NCBI GenBank assembly: GCA_964013405.1 | Contig: CAXGWI010000006.1 | Location: forward strand, 2,893 to 66,892 | Source of the DNA: an uncultured Myxococcales bacterium | GTDB lineage: Bacteria; Myxococcota; UBA4151 | DNA length: 64,000 bases | Direction of reading: 5' to 3' | In this document: piece by piece, positions 20,223 to 31,529 of the stretch | Layout of the letters: each line of letters opens with the position of its first letter | Numbering within the stretch: position 1 is the stretch's first letter | Position numbers and translations under genes: made by a program | The notes under the pieces: model-generated | Database searches by the model: none | What the model saw: the letters and a program-made list of their open reading frames with translations, nothing else | What the model was told of the DNA's origin: nothing

Positions 20223-22283
20223 TTGGGCATGTCTCGCTGGGTCATCATCAGCCTCCTTCTCGGTGCGTGCACCAGCTATGAGGTTGAAAAGGCGCAAGAT
20301 CCTACCCTTCTCAAAGGGAAAGACCAGGCCCTCACCTTTCTCCACACCTCCGACTGGCATAGCCGCCTCTTCCCCTATCGCTACGACCCCCCGATCCCCC
20401 TACAACGCCATGGCTTGTTGCCGGAAAACGCCCCCTTTGGTGGCGTGGCAAGGCTGACCACACTGGTCAAAAGGGAACGGGCCCAGGCGAGTCGCGTGCT
20501 GCATCTCGATTCCGGTGACTGCTTCCAGGGCGCACCCGTGTTTAACGAGTTCGATGGGGAAGCGGAGTTGCGGGCCTATAATCAGATCGGTCTCGATGGA
20601 GCCGTGATCGGCAACCATGAGTTCGACAAAGGCATGACCAACTTCGTCGACCAGGCGGCCCAGTGGGTCCGCTATCCTTTACTCGCGGCCAACTATCGGG
20701 GCGAGGACATGGCCCGATACGGCAACAAAGCCCTGGCCGATGTGATGCAGCCCTATGCCATCTACAATGTGGACGGCATCCGAGTGGCCGCCATCGGTCT
20801 GGCCAATTATTCCAGCCTGAACTCCCTGGGAGAAGGGGGGAACAGCCTGGGGCTTCACCCACTGGAAATGATCGAAACAACCCAAGCCTATGTGGATCTC
20901 CTCGCCGAGCAGGCCGACCTCATGGTGGTCGTCAGCCATCTGGGGCTCAGCGATGATGTGGAGGTCATCGAGGGCTACCACCGCTGGTACCGTCAAGATC
21001 AATACGACCGCTTGCCGGGCGCCCCATTCCCCCCCTGCGAACTCGCGGACCGCCCCCTACAGAAATGCGAGCGGACCGTGGCGGCCCTGCCCAGCCAACG
21101 GGCCTGCCCAGAAGAGCCCGTCGAAGGACAACTCTGTGGTTTTGAGGCGCCGGACCACCAGGGGGATGTTCAACTCTGGATCCCCGGTGTTCGCGGCGTC
21201 GATTTGATCCTCGGCGGGCACCTCCACTACGTCACCAAGCCGCCCCGCCGAGTGGTGGATCGAGACGGCCGAGTCGTCCCGATCATGCACTCTGGGGCTT
21301 TCATGCAGTTCCTGGCCCGCTTGGATGTGGTCTTGCGGGAAGCCACCCGGATGGACCGGCCCGCCTGGTTTGGCTGGGAGATCGCCAGTTACCGACAAGA
21401 ACTTTTCGCCGTCGACGCCACCGTCGCCAAGGATCCCGAGATGGAGCGCATCATGGAGCGCTACCTGGTGGGCCTGAGCCAACGGCTTCGCCTCGACGAG
21501 CCCGTGGCCTGGAGTCACGTAGAGGTCAATCGCACCAGCCCCACCGGGGGCGACTCTCCCTTGGGCAACTTGGTGGCCGATGCCATTCGCATGCGGAACC
21601 GTGTCCGTACCGACTTTGCGCTCACCAACTCGATGGGAATTCGGGACAACATCCCCCCGGGCTTGGTGACCTTGGAGCAGCTCTTTAATGTTTTCCCCTT
21701 CGAGAACTCCATCGCCACCCTCTTTCTGTCCGGCGTCGAGGTCCAAGAGCTCTTTGACTTCGTCGCCGCTCGCAGCGCCGGGCGCGGTTGCCGCTCCCAA
21801 GCCCAGATTGCCGGTGCGACCTTCACCATGCGCTGTGATTGCTCTGAAACGGTGGTCGACGGCTGCTGCGCTGGGGCTGCCGTGTCGGAAACCGGCGGGA
21901 TGGGTTGCGCCGAGGAGATCATGATCAACGGCAACGCACTCGACTTGGGCGAGAGTTATGAGTTGGCGGCCAACGACTACATCGCATCCGGCGGCTCTGG
22001 CTTCGAAGTCCTCGAACGCAACACCACCCAGTTCGATACGGGGATCTCCCTACGGGATGCGATGGCTGACTATCTGCGCAGCATGCCTGAATGTGATGCC
22101 AGTCAGGTTCCAGCGGACCTGCGTCCCGCTTACGACGAGGCGATGACCCGCTACGGCAGCCTGCGCTGTGTACCCACAGGCGCCAGTTGCGAAGTTGGCG
22201 GGCAGGTCTGCGCCCAGGATACAGACTGCAGCAGCGACGACCGCTGCGTTCAACAACAAGCTCGCATTCTGGCCCGCCAATGA
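20223..22283 (+). CDS. Lipoprotein 5'-nucleotidase / calcineurin-like metallophosphatase with Cys-rich C-terminal extension
   Basis: Lipobox LLLGAC. Metallophosphatase motifs LHTSDWHSRL, GDCFQG, GNHEFD (UshA/5'-NT family). C-terminus has about 12 Cys. Confidence 0.7.
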   Translation: MGMSRWVIISLLLGACTSYEVEKAQDPTLLKGKDQALTFLHTSDWHSRLFPYRYDPPIPLQRHGLLPENAPFGGVARLTTLVKRERAQASRVLHLDSGDCFQGAPVFNEFDGEAELRAYNQIGLDGAVIGNHEFDKGMTNFVDQAAQWVRYPLLAANYRGEDMARYGNKALADVMQPYAIYNVDGIRVAAIGLANYSSLNSLGEGGNSLGLHPLEMIETTQAYVDLLAEQADLMVVVSHLGLSDDVEVIEGYHRWYRQDQYDRLPGAPFPPCELADRPLQKCERTVAALPSQRACPEEPVEGQLCGFEAPDHQGDVQLWIPGVRGVDLILGGHLHYVTKPPRRVVDRDGRVVPIMHSGAFMQFLARLDVVLREATRMDRPAWFGWEIASYRQELFAVDATVAKDPEMERIMERYLVGLSQRLRLDEPVAWSHVEVNRTSPTGGDSPLGNLVADAIRMRNRVRTDFALTNSMGIRDNIPPGLVTLEQLFNVFPFENSIATLFLSGVEVQELFDFVAARSAGRGCRSQAQIAGATFTMRCDCSETVVDGCCAGAAVSETGGMGCAEEIMINGNALDLGESYELAANDYIASGGSGFEVLERNTTQFDTGISLRDAMADYLRSMPECDASQVPADLRPAYDEAMTRYGSLRCVPTGASCEVGGQVCAQDTDCSSDDRCVQQQARILARQ

Positions 22284-23548
22284 GATCCTTACTGCCCCTC
22301 ATCGCAGTGATCGGCTGCTATGAAGCGATCGAGGTCGAGCCGACAAGTCCGGAGCTCGTCTCCACGTTTCAACTCACGGTGACCGGGGACACTGAGGATC
22401 TCGAAGATCGACCTCGGCTGGAATTTGGTGGGGATGATAGCCGCACGGTGAATCTGTCCATCCAGGCCTTTCAGCCCGACGGCAGCCCAAGCACAGAGGA
22501 CTGGGAGGTGGCGGTGACCACCTCCGCCCCCTGCGTCCAGTTAGAGAACACGGAGACGGGTCAGTTCGGCCAAGAGATCAAGGCAACCCTCAGTGCAGGC
22601 ACGGCCGACCTAGCCCTCCAACTCCACCATATCCCCGGACCTCTGGAGCTATGGGTCACCTCCAAAGCCCGGACAGAAGGCGGCTTCGCTGCCGCCATTT
22701 CAACCACCCTCAACTATCGAAATCCGAGCATCCTTGCGCTCCAGTTGCTGCCCGTCGAGCGCTGTGAAGGACTTGAGGGCCGGGAGTTATCCAACTGCCA
22801 ACGCAATCGTATCGCCCATGCAGCCCTCGAGGGTTGTGCCATCGAGATCGATCCCGGTGCAGGCCTGGTGGTCACTCGGGTCGCAGGGGACGGATTCAAC
22901 GTCACCGAACGGGGTCGCCCGGTCCAAGATAACTCCCTCTTCGTCTACACCTATAACGCCCCTGATGAGGTCTTCTTAGGGGCGATACTCGACCATCTCG
23001 AAGGCAACGCCACCGAATTCATGGGCGGCACCCAACTGGCGGACACCAGCTATACGCTGCGCCGGGATGACGACGGCAATGCGCTGGGTCTGAGCGTGGA
23101 GCAATTGGGCGAAGAGTTCCCGGCCACAGAGTTGACGGCCGAGGACCTCAACCGCAGCCCGAGCGGCAATCAACGCTGTCGGCGCATCAACCGCGACATC
23201 CCACTCAATCTCTCGATGGAGCGTCTCGAAGGCGGCCCTGTCTTCATCGCCGGCGCCGAGGTAGCCTACGAACCAGACGATTACTCGCTGAGTTCCTATC
23301 TCCAGTATGGGCAGTTCAATATCGCCCTCGGACAAGGGGGGGACAGTCGCTGCATTAGCCTGATGGCCCGCAATGTCATGCCCGAATTTGACCCCCGCTT
23401 GCCCGGCTGCAGCGGCCAGTCCATCCCCTATATTGAGGGTACCCTTCGAGGCCTCTTCTTCGAGGGCAGCTCGACGCCCGCCTGGGTTGTCGAAGCCTAC
23501 CAGCTCGTTGTCGAGCGCCCCTCTCCCTGTTTGTTGGAGTCCCCATGA
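22280..23548 (+). CDS. Hypothetical lipoprotein
   Basis: ATG 22280 overlaps upstream TGA. Lipobox LIAVIGCYEA. No recognisable catalytic motif. Confidence 0.4.
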   Translation: MRSLLPLIAVIGCYEAIEVEPTSPELVSTFQLTVTGDTEDLEDRPRLEFGGDDSRTVNLSIQAFQPDGSPSTEDWEVAVTTSAPCVQLENTETGQFGQEIKATLSAGTADLALQLHHIPGPLELWVTSKARTEGGFAAAISTTLNYRNPSILALQLLPVERCEGLEGRELSNCQRNRIAHAALEGCAIEIDPGAGLVVTRVAGDGFNVTERGRPVQDNSLFVYTYNAPDEVFLGAILDHLEGNATEFMGGTQLADTSYTLRRDDDGNALGLSVEQLGEEFPATELTAEDLNRSPSGNQRCRRINRDIPLNLSMERLEGGPVFIAGAEVAYEPDDYSLSSYLQYGQFNIALGQGGDSRCISLMARNVMPEFDPRLPGCSGQSIPYIEGTLRGLFFEGSSTPAWVVEAYQLVVERPSPCLLESP

Positions 23549-25251
23549 ACTCTGTGTTGAGCCTCTTTCTGGTCACGCCGATTCTCTTTCCCTCGGTCAG
23601 TACCTCGCCGGTCAACGGCAGTATCGTCGTCGAGGTCGTTAAAGACGAAGAAAGCGAAAAGGCGGCCCCCGACCATCGGCGAGGGGGAGAGACACCTCGC
23701 TCAGTGGAGGGAACCAGTGGCCGTTTTCTCGACACTCGCCTGACCTTCAGTTGGGGCGACGACAACCTTTTTGCAGGACCAGGCCAAACCAATCCCAACT
23801 CGCCCCGCCCGGACTTTGGTGAACGGCAGGGCGACGAGCAGTTCTTCGACAATCTGAACTCTCGAGACACGGGCGATGAGACCCGCTCCACGCTGGTGAT
23901 TCATCGGGCCGATCTGGGCAGCCATATCCCCCGCCTACTCACCGAAGGCGCGCTGGTTGCCCGCTTTGATCTCTATGCTGACGCCGACACGGGTAAGCAG
24001 GGCCAGCTCTTCAAGGACGACGGTAGCTTCCTGGGCCTGCGTTACTATCTTCGAGACACCGGCAACTGTACGGCAATGCAACTCCTTGCTCGGACCGAGG
24101 GCTGTGATCTCGCCTTTGCCTACATCACCGCCTTTCCCTTCGACACCAATCGCTTTCGGGTTGGCTACACCTATGATTTATCCTGGGGGGACCCGCGAAT
24201 TTTTCCGGGTCGCTCCAAAGCGGTTCCCGGGATCAAGTTAGGCCTGCGCCAAAACCGTTGGAGCCTTTGGGCCGGCGCCAAAAGCGCCCGTCTTCTCGAT
24301 GAAGAGGTCAATGAGATCGAAGCCCGTTACGGCTATCTTGCGGGCGGCTCCCTGTCGCCGGCGAAAGTCGTCACACTGCAGGCAAGTGGGGGGCATTTCG
24401 ACATGGGGACAAACCCAAACCCGGCGGTCCGCGGTCAACCCCTGGCCACCTGGGGCTATTCGGCTCGGGCCGTCTACCACCTGGGGACATCCGCTGGCTC
24501 GTCAGCGGACTTTGCCCTGATGCGAGACAACCCGCTGCACCGGATCGGTGGCTACCGCTATCGCCAAGATCACAGCGGCCAATCCTTCCGAGTGGCCCTA
24601 GAGACCAGTCAGCTCATCCAACTGCTTGAGGACCCAGACCGGGCGGGCCAACTCTCGGAACAGCGATCGGTGGCCTATGCGCTGACCGCCACGGTCCGCT
24701 TAGGTCGGCTGTATTTAGACGGCTTTGCCTTCCACCGGGATCTGGGCTTTCTCCTCCGTAACGTGCCCAGCTTTGTCCCCTTCCAGGCCCTTGCGGGGGC
24801 CGCAGACGGCCGACCAGAACGTTTTCTCGCCATGGGAGCCGCCTACGCGCTGCCAAAGAGCCGGCTCACCCCAACCTTGATGCTTGGTATTCAAGATCCC
24901 GCCCAAATGATCGGTGGTATCCCTGAACGTCTCAGAAGCATCGGCGAGGCTGATCTGCCGGATGCTGGTGGTCGCCGGGCCGTGGTCGTGCGGGGTGAAG
25001 GTGACTTCGATATCCTTCCCCTCAACAGCGCCGGCGAGGTGATCAATCCGGTGCCGATTCTCGCCGCCCGCATCGCCCTGCGCTGGGACCTCTCCAAACT
25101 GATGCAGACCACTTTCGAAGTGAACTACACCCACGACGAGAACCAGACGGACCTGGTGGATGGTGGCCGAGGCATCTCAGAGCGGGTTTTTATCGATCGG
25201 CAACTGCGGCAGCGGGTGGGCGTGGGCGTGATTACCCAAATGCGCTTCTAG
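23545..25251 (+). CDS. Hypothetical secreted protein, probable outer-membrane beta-barrel (C-terminal ...QMRF)
   Basis: N-terminal signal peptide. Alternating hydrophobic pattern. Terminal aromatic Phe. ATGA overlap with upstream gene. Confidence 0.4.
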   Translation: MNSVLSLFLVTPILFPSVSTSPVNGSIVVEVVKDEESEKAAPDHRRGGETPRSVEGTSGRFLDTRLTFSWGDDNLFAGPGQTNPNSPRPDFGERQGDEQFFDNLNSRDTGDETRSTLVIHRADLGSHIPRLLTEGALVARFDLYADADTGKQGQLFKDDGSFLGLRYYLRDTGNCTAMQLLARTEGCDLAFAYITAFPFDTNRFRVGYTYDLSWGDPRIFPGRSKAVPGIKLGLRQNRWSLWAGAKSARLLDEEVNEIEARYGYLAGGSLSPAKVVTLQASGGHFDMGTNPNPAVRGQPLATWGYSARAVYHLGTSAGSSADFALMRDNPLHRIGGYRYRQDHSGQSFRVALETSQLIQLLEDPDRAGQLSEQRSVAYALTATVRLGRLYLDGFAFHRDLGFLLRNVPSFVPFQALAGAADGRPERFLAMGAAYALPKSRLTPTLMLGIQDPAQMIGGIPERLRSIGEADLPDAGGRRAVVVRGEGDFDILPLNSAGEVINPVPILAARIALRWDLSKLMQTTFEVNYTHDENQTDLVDGGRGISERVFIDRQLRQRVGVGVITQMRF

Positions 25252-25787
25252 GGTCCCCAGATTCCCAAGCCCTCTTGGCGGGCGGCCGCTTCGGCCTCCT
25301 CATAGGCAAACTGTCGATCAAAGCGCTCGCCGCGAACCCGATAGACTTCGGCCAGGCCCAATCGCAGCAACTCTTCGTTGAGATCCGATCCATCGGCGAG
25401 GCGAAGATAGCAGAGCAAGCGACCAAAACCATCCCGACAAGCGTCGCTGCTCAAGGGGTTCGAGCCACAAGCTCGGTCAAACTCCAGACCCACTTCGCTG
25501 CCGACCCTTCCTTGAGCGTGGGCTTTCGCTGCCTCCGCAAAGGGTTCGGCTGGATCCCCTCGCCGCCCGAACTCCGGCGTGTCGATCCCCTTGAGGCGCA
25601 GTCGGTCAGCGCCAGCCTCCGTCTCGACTTCTAGGGTATCGCCGTCCACCACCCGCAGCACGGTGGCCGGATCCCGAAAACGCAGCGGCTCTGAGCCGAC
25701 ATCGCCCCCAGTGCCGGCATCAGCCGGAGACAACTCGGCCGCGGCCGAACAGCCGAGCAAAGACAACAGGAGAAGTAAGCGACTCAT
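25248..25787 (-). CDS. Thermonuclease (staphylococcal nuclease, SNase) family lipoprotein
   Basis: Lipobox SLLGCSAA. SNase core TVLRVVDGDTLEVE...RLRLKGIDTPEF. Confidence 0.65.
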   Translation of the reverse strand: MSRLLLLLSLLGCSAAAELSPADAGTGGDVGSEPLRFRDPATVLRVVDGDTLEVETEAGADRLRLKGIDTPEFGRRGDPAEPFAEAAKAHAQGRVGSEVGLEFDRACGSNPLSSDACRDGFGRLLCYLRLADGSDLNEELLRLGLAEVYRVRGERFDRQFAYEEAEAAARQEGLGIWGP

Positions 25788-25832
25788 GGTGGGTGCCTGC
25801 CAGGCCTGAGTGTCCTCGGCAACGTGATGCCA

Positions 25833-26531
25833 CTAGAAGCGATAGCGTTCCGACTCCTGGGCTAAGCGCCTGCTGAGCCTGCGGGCCTCGGGGATTAAGG
25901 TCTCGAGCAAGTGGTGAAACCGGGGACCGTGATTCATCTCCCGCAGATGACAGACCTCGTGGGCGACCACGTAATCGACCAGGTCTTCGTCGCAAAGCAG
26001 GAGCCGGAGGTTGAGGCGCAGACCGGAGCGGGTCGAGCAACTGCCCCAACGACGGCGCTGATGGGCGATGGTGACCGCTGGCATGGGCAGGCCCAGTTGA
26101 TCACAGAAATAGGCGACTCGGGGCGGTAGGTCCCCCTGGGCTGCCCGGCGATAAAAGGCGACGACGCTTTGTTGCAAGTCGGCCCGCCGCTCTTGGGCTG
26201 ACAAGGCCTGGGCCCGGTTGAGCGTGATGATCAACCGATCCCCTTCCCGCCGAGTCGTGGGGCGTCGGGACCGAGCGCCGCCGGACTCAAGGGAGATTGT
26301 GAGCTGCTGCCCAAGATAGCCAAAGGTCTCGCCAGCTTCGTAGTTTCGGGGCCCCCGAGCCACCCGCTCCTGGGCAATGCGTGCTTGGTGCTTGTCGATC
26401 CAGTCACGCCGAGCGTGGAGAAAGTCATCGATGTCTTTTTGCGGCATCCGCAAGGGCGCGCGGACCAAGAGACCGCGCTCTGGATGGATCTCCACCGCGA
26501 GACTCCGTCGTTTGCTGCGGATGATCTGCAT
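25833..26531 (-). CDS. YgjP/DUF45-like zinc metallohydrolase (HExxH, WLM/SprT-like)
   Basis: HEVCHLREMNHGPRFHHLL zinc-binding motif. N-terminus MQIIRSKRRSLAVEIH typical of YgjP family. Confidence 0.55.
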   Translation of the reverse strand: MQIIRSKRRSLAVEIHPERGLLVRAPLRMPQKDIDDFLHARRDWIDKHQARIAQERVARGPRNYEAGETFGYLGQQLTISLESGGARSRRPTTRREGDRLIITLNRAQALSAQERRADLQQSVVAFYRRAAQGDLPPRVAYFCDQLGLPMPAVTIAHQRRRWGSCSTRSGLRLNLRLLLCDEDLVDYVVAHEVCHLREMNHGPRFHHLLETLIPEARRLSRRLAQESERYRF

Positions 26532-26597
26532 GCTTTCCCTTTGCGCTAGGCCCTCCTTGCGCCTAACAGAGCCCCCAATCAAGGAAGCCCTTCGCCC

Positions 26598-29500
26598 ATG
26601 CCCTCCTTTTCAGACAGCCTCGCCGAGCGGATTCTGGTCATCGATGGCGCCATGGGCACCATGATTCAGGGCTACCCCCTCGAAGAGGCTGACTTTCGCG
26701 GCGAACGGTTTGCGGACCACAGTCATCCCCTCAAGGGGAACAACGACCTGCTCAGCCTGACACAGCCCGAGATCATTCAGGCCATCCACGAAGCTTATCT
26801 GCAGGCGGGCGCGGACATCCTTGAGACCAACACCTTCAACGCCAACTCGATCTCCCAGGCCGACTACGCTCTCGAACCACTGACCTACGAACTCAATCTC
26901 GAGTCCGCTCGACTGGCCCGGGCTGCTTGCGAGTCCCAGGGACATGGCTGGGTGGCCGGGGTCTTGGGGCCCACCAATCGGACAGCGAGTCTCAGCCCTG
27001 ACGTCAACCAACCCGGCTTTCGGAATGTCACCTTCGACGACTTGGCGGACACCTATGAAGAGGCCTGTCGTGGCCTCTTGGATGGTGGTGTGGACCTCCT
27101 CCTGGTGGAGACCATTTTCGATACACTCAACGCCAAGGCCGCCCTCTTTGCCATCGAGCGCTTCTTTGAGGCCCGGGGTGAGCGCATTCCGGTGATGATC
27201 TCGGTGACCATCACCGACGCCAGTGGGCGCACCCTGTCCGGCCAGACCGTCGAAGCATTTTGGCACTCCATCCGACACGTCAACCCAGTGAGCGTAGGGA
27301 TGAACTGTGCCTTGGGTGCCGAAGAGATGCGCCCTTGGCTCAAAAATCTTGCCCGGGTGGCCGACTGCCCGGTCTCGGCCCACCCCAATGCCGGCCTGCC
27401 CAACGCGCTGGGCGGTTACGATGAACGCCCAGAAGATATGGCTGAGGCCATCGGCCAATGGGCCGAGGAAGGTTTGCTGAACCTGGTGGGGGGCTGCTGC
27501 GGGACCGGTCCTGAACACATCCAAGCCATTGCACAGGCTGTCCAAGGCATCAGCCCCCGCACCATCCCTAGCCCAGCGAGGCGCTGCCGCCTCTCGGGCC
27601 TGGAACCGCTCACCTTCCGCCCGGAACTCAACTTCGTGAACGTGGGCGAACGCACCAACGTCACCGGCTCTGCTCGCTTCCGCAAGCTGATCAAAGGGGG
27701 GGATTATGAAACGGCCCTGACCGTCGCCCGCCAACAGGTCGAAGGCGGAGCCCAGATCATCGACGTCAACATGGACGAAGGTCTTCTCGACGCCAAAGAG
27801 GCCATGGTGACCTTTTTGAACTTGGTCGCAAGCGAACCCGAGATCAGTCGGGTTCCCGTCATGATCGACTCCAGTCGCTTCGAAGTCATCGAGGCCGGCC
27901 TGAAGTGCATCCAAGGTAAAGGTGTCATCAACTCGATCAGCTTAAAGGAGGGCGAGGAAGCCTTCCTCGACCAAGCCCGCCTGGCCAAGCGATTGGGGGC
28001 GGCGGTGGTGGTCATGGCCTTCGATGAACAAGGTCAAGCGGACACCTTGCCGCGCCGCAAAGAAATCTGCGAGCGAGCCTACCGTTTGCTCGTCGATGCC
28101 GTGGGCTTTCCCCCAGAAGACATCATCTTTGATCCCAACATCTTTGCCGTGGGCACCGGCATCGAAGAACACGCCAACTACGCCATCGACTTCATCGAGG
28201 CCACCCGCTGGATTAAGGCCGAGTTACCCCACGCCCTGATTTCCGGTGGCGTGTCCAATCTGAGCTTTAGTTTCCGGGGCAACAACGGCCTGCGGGAGGC
28301 CATGCATGCGGCCTTCCTCTACCACGCATGCCGCGCGGGCATGGACATGGGTATCGTCAACGCAGGGCAACTGGCCGTCTATGCCGATATCGAAGATGAG
28401 CTCCTCGAGCGTATCGAAGACTTGCTCTTCAACCGCCGAGAGGATGCCACTGATCGCCTCCTTGAGGTGGCCGACCAGGCCCTGGCTCAAGCCCAAGCCA
28501 GTGGTCCGGATCTTTCCTGGCGAGAAGAGGACGTCACCAGCCGCCTTCGTCATGCCTTGGTCAAGGGAATCGATGCCTACATCGAAGAGGATGTAGAAGT
28601 CGCTCGCCAGGCCGCCGATCGACCTTTGGAGGTCATCGAGGGTCCACTGATGGACGGCATGAATGTCGTCGGCGACCTCTTCGGCAGTGGCCAGATGTTC
28701 CTGCCCCAAGTGGTGAAATCCGCTCGCGTGATGAAGAAAGCGGTGAGTTACCTCCTGCCTTATATGGAGGAAAGCGGGGACGCCGCGGCCAGCGCCGGCA
28801 AGATCCTCATGGCCACGGTCAAAGGCGACGTGCACGATATTGGCAAAAATATCGTCGGCGTGGTCCTCCGTTGTAATGCCTACGAGGTCATCGACTTAGG
28901 GGTCATGGTCCCCGCTGAGACCATTCTCAAACGGGCTGAAGAGGAAGGGGTCGACATCATCGGCCTCTCGGGCCTCATCACCCCCAGCCTCGACGAGATG
29001 GTCCATCTCGCCAGTGAAATGGAGCGACGGGAACTACGGCTTCCCCTGCTCATCGGGGGTGCAACCACGTCGGCGATCCACACGGCGGTGAAGATTGCCC
29101 CAGCCACCGAGAACCCGGTGATCCACGTGCTGGATGCCTCTCGGGCTGTGGGCGTGGCCAGCGACCTGCTCAGCGACAAGCGGGCCCAGGCCTTCATCGC
29201 CGCCAACGAAGACAAGCATGACCGGGAGCGTCGGCGCCATGCGAGCCGCCAAACCGCCGGCAAACTGTTGAGCTTGGCTGCAGCCCAAGCCAATGCCCCG
29301 ACCTACGATGAGGCTGGCAAAGGGCCCACCCCCAACAGGGTCGGCCGCCAAGTGCATCTGGATTACCCCTTAGAACAACTCGTGGCCTGCATCGATTGGA
29401 CCCCCTTCTTTCATAGTTGGGAGTTGAAAGGTCGTTATCCGGCGATCCTGGATGATGAAAAGCAAGGGGAGACGGCCCGCAGCTTGTTCGCCGACGCCCA

Positions 29501-30212
29501 AGAGATGCTTCGCCGCATCGTCGATGAGGGACTGCTGCAGGCCCAGGCAGTCTACGGCCTGTTTCCTGCAGCCCGCCGGGGCGATGACATTCAACTCTTC
29601 GATCCCGAATCCGGGGCTGAAACCATGTTGATCCCCTGTTTACGGCAACAACGGGGGCGGAAAAACGCCAACAACCTCTGCCTGGCCGATTTCGTTGCTG
29701 AAACCGAGGATTTCGTCGGTTGCTTTGCTGTGACAGCGGGCCATGGACTGGACGCGATCGTCGCAGCCTATGAAGCCGATGACGACGACTATTCCGCCAT
29801 TTTGGCGAAGGCCCTTGCGGACCGACTTGCGGAGGCCTTCGCTGAACGTTTGCACTTTCAAATCCGCACGGAGGACTGGGGCTATAGCGATGAGGTCTTC
29901 GACAACGAGGCCCTCATCAAAGAGACCTACCGGGGCATTCGCCCGGCGCCGGGCTATCCAGCCTGCCCCGATCATTCCGTCAAACCGGCCCTTTTCGAAT
30001 TTCTCGGCGCCGACGAAATCGGCATGAGCCTGTCGGAAAACCACGCCATGTTGCCGGCAGCTAGCGTCAGCGGTTTCTACTTCGGCCACGCCGACAGCCG
30101 TTATTTTGGCCTGGGGCTCATCACCGAAGAGCAGGCTAAGGACTATGCTGAGCGTCGGGCCATGACCTTAGCCGACGTCCGCCGCTGGCTCCAACCAAGC
30201 CTTGCGGACTAA
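26598..30212 (+). CDS. metH: Cobalamin-dependent methionine synthase
   Basis: 1204 aa. Homocysteine-binding and pterin-binding regions. B12 cap and binding motif [11 protein letters not shown]. AdoMet-binding C-terminal domain. Confidence 0.9.
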   Translation: MPSFSDSLAERILVIDGAMGTMIQGYPLEEADFRGERFADHSHPLKGNNDLLSLTQPEIIQAIHEAYLQAGADILETNTFNANSISQADYALEPLTYELNLESARLARAACESQGHGWVAGVLGPTNRTASLSPDVNQPGFRNVTFDDLADTYEEACRGLLDGGVDLLLVETIFDTLNAKAALFAIERFFEARGERIPVMISVTITDASGRTLSGQTVEAFWHSIRHVNPVSVGMNCALGAEEMRPWLKNLARVADCPVSAHPNAGLPNALGGYDERPEDMAEAIGQWAEEGLLNLVGGCCGTGPEHIQAIAQAVQGISPRTIPSPARRCRLSGLEPLTFRPELNFVNVGERTNVTGSARFRKLIKGGDYETALTVARQQVEGGAQIIDVNMDEGLLDAKEAMVTFLNLVASEPEISRVPVMIDSSRFEVIEAGLKCIQGKGVINSISLKEGEEAFLDQARLAKRLGAAVVVMAFDEQGQADTLPRRKEICERAYRLLVDAVGFPPEDIIFDPNIFAVGTGIEEHANYAIDFIEATRWIKAELPHALISGGVSNLSFSFRGNNGLREAMHAAFLYHACRAGMDMGIVNAGQLAVYADIEDELLERIEDLLFNRREDATDRLLEVADQALAQAQASGPDLSWREEDVTSRLRHALVKGIDAYIEEDVEVARQAADRPLEVIEGPLMDGMNVVGDLFGSGQMFLPQVVKSARVMKKAVSYLLPYMEESGDAAASAGKILMATVKGDVHDIGKNIVGVVLRCNAYEVIDLGVMVPAETILKRAEEEGVDIIGLSGLITPSLDEMVHLASEMERRELRLPLLIGGATTSAIHTAVKIAPATENPVIHVLDASRAVGVASDLLSDKRAQAFIAANEDKHDRERRRHASRQTAGKLLSLAAAQANAPTYDEAGKGPTPNRVGRQVHLDYPLEQLVACIDWTPFFHSWELKGRYPAILDDEKQGETARSLFADAQEMLRRIVDEGLLQAQAVYGLFPAARRGDDIQLFDPESGAETMLIPCLRQQRGRKNANNLCLADFVAETEDFVGCFAVTAGHGLDAIVAAYEADDDDYSAILAKALADRLAEAFAERLHFQIRTEDWGYSDEVFDNEALIKETYRGIRPAPGYPACPDHSVKPALFEFLGADEIGMSLSENHAMLPAASVSGFYFGHADSRYFGLGLITEEQAKDYAERRAMTLADVRRWLQPSLAD

Positions 30213-31423
30213 GGGGCGAGTAACTCGTCAATCTTCGCCTTAAAGTGCTCGAACGGCAGCGCACCGGCGACCTTGTGTCCATTCAGGAAGAAGTTGGGTG
30301 TGCCCCGAGCCCCTACGCGGGCCGCTTCTGCCTTGTCCCCATCGACCTTGGCTCGAATCGCTGGTGATTTCACATCCATACGCCATTGGGCCAGATCGAG
30401 GCCAGACACCCGGCCCGCAAGGGTCTCGATTAAATCCGGGTTCAATTGCCGCGAATGCTCAAACAAAAGATCGTGCATGGGCCAAAAGTAACCTTGAACC
30501 CCCGCGGCCTCTGCGGCCCTCGCCGCTAAGTCCGCATGGGCATGAAAGCTCAAGGGTAGGTGGCGAAAGACCAACTGGACCTGATCTGGGTAGGCTTCTA
30601 GGACCTGCTCCATCACCGCCGCCGCACGCACACAAAACGGGCATTGAAAGTCGCTGAACGAGACGATGGTGACCTGGGGCGCCTTGGCGCCGAGGGCCAT
30701 CGCTCCCTCCCGATGCCGAATCTCCACCGGTCCTTCCGGCTCCGGTGGCGGCCGACGGCGGGCCGGCTTCGCCTCGACTTCTTTGCGGGCCCCATCAGCG
30801 GTCAGCCGATCATAGAGTCCCGCACGCTGGCCCCCATAGTGAAGGTCGACGAGGGCCCGTCCCAAGGCCTCCTTGACCGCCTCCTCGAAGCGCTCATAGG
30901 GCTGGGCCCCAGACATTTTCCGGCCGTTGATGAAGAAGCCCGGTGTCCCCCGAGCCCCCCGGCTCACCGCCTGCTGCTGCTGGGCCTCGATCCGCTTCTT
31001 GAGCGCTGGACTTTCCATGTCCCGCTGGAAGCGGCCTAGATCCAAATTGAGTTCGGCGGCTAAGCGTAAAAAGAGTTCCTCCCCCAAGTCTCCTTGCTCC
31101 TCAAAAAGGCGGTCATGCATGGGCCAGAACTGCCCCTGAAGCCGGGCTGCCTCGGCCGCTAAGGCGGCCGGCATCGCTTGTTTGTGAAAGGCGAGGGGGT
31201 TGTGGAAGAAGACGACGCGCAGGTCAGCAGCCATCGGGCTCTTCAGGAGTTTTTTGAGCGTCCCATCAGCCCGCTTGCAAAACGGACATTGAAACTCGCT
31301 GACGACCACAAGGGTGACCAGGGCATCGCTGGGTCCAATGCTGGGCTCATCAGCGACCGGGAAGTGGTAAACCACTGGATTGGCGCTGGCGAAGACCAAC
31401 AGCGTGCCGAGTAGATAGGACAT
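30209..31423 (-). CDS. Secreted protein with two tandem DsbA-like thioredoxin-fold modules (each with CPFC)
   Basis: Two about 190-aa repeats, each with a CPFC active site and FHNPL/FRHLPL + FWPMHD motifs. N-terminal hydrophobic anchor. Confidence 0.6.
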   Translation of the reverse strand: MSYLLGTLLVFASANPVVYHFPVADEPSIGPSDALVTLVVVSEFQCPFCKRADGTLKKLLKSPMAADLRVVFFHNPLAFHKQAMPAALAAEAARLQGQFWPMHDRLFEEQGDLGEELFLRLAAELNLDLGRFQRDMESPALKKRIEAQQQQAVSRGARGTPGFFINGRKMSGAQPYERFEEAVKEALGRALVDLHYGGQRAGLYDRLTADGARKEVEAKPARRRPPPEPEGPVEIRHREGAMALGAKAPQVTIVSFSDFQCPFCVRAAAVMEQVLEAYPDQVQLVFRHLPLSFHAHADLAARAAEAAGVQGYFWPMHDLLFEHSRQLNPDLIETLAGRVSGLDLAQWRMDVKSPAIRAKVDGDKAEAARVGARGTPNFFLNGHKVAGALPFEHFKAKIDELLAP

Positions 31424-31461
31424 GAGAAAACTCCCGGTGATCTAAGGGGGCATCACCCCAG

Positions 31462-31495
31462 GAAAAACAAAAGACCCCCGGCTTCCCAGGGGTCT
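31462..31495 (-). terminator. Rho-independent terminator after the 3-module dsbA-like gene
   Basis: On the minus strand, stem AGACCCC/GGGGTCT with 10-nt loop followed by TTTTGTTTTT. Confidence 0.6.
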
Positions 31496-31529
31496 CTCGT
31501 TAAGCTTGCTATGGGGACTGACGAAGCAA

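Noticed and set aside
26610-27914. 434-aa antisense ORF inside metH
   Set aside because: Antisense to a highly conserved gene. Composition Gly/Ala/Asp-rich without motifs. Long open frames on the opposite strand are expected at this GC content.
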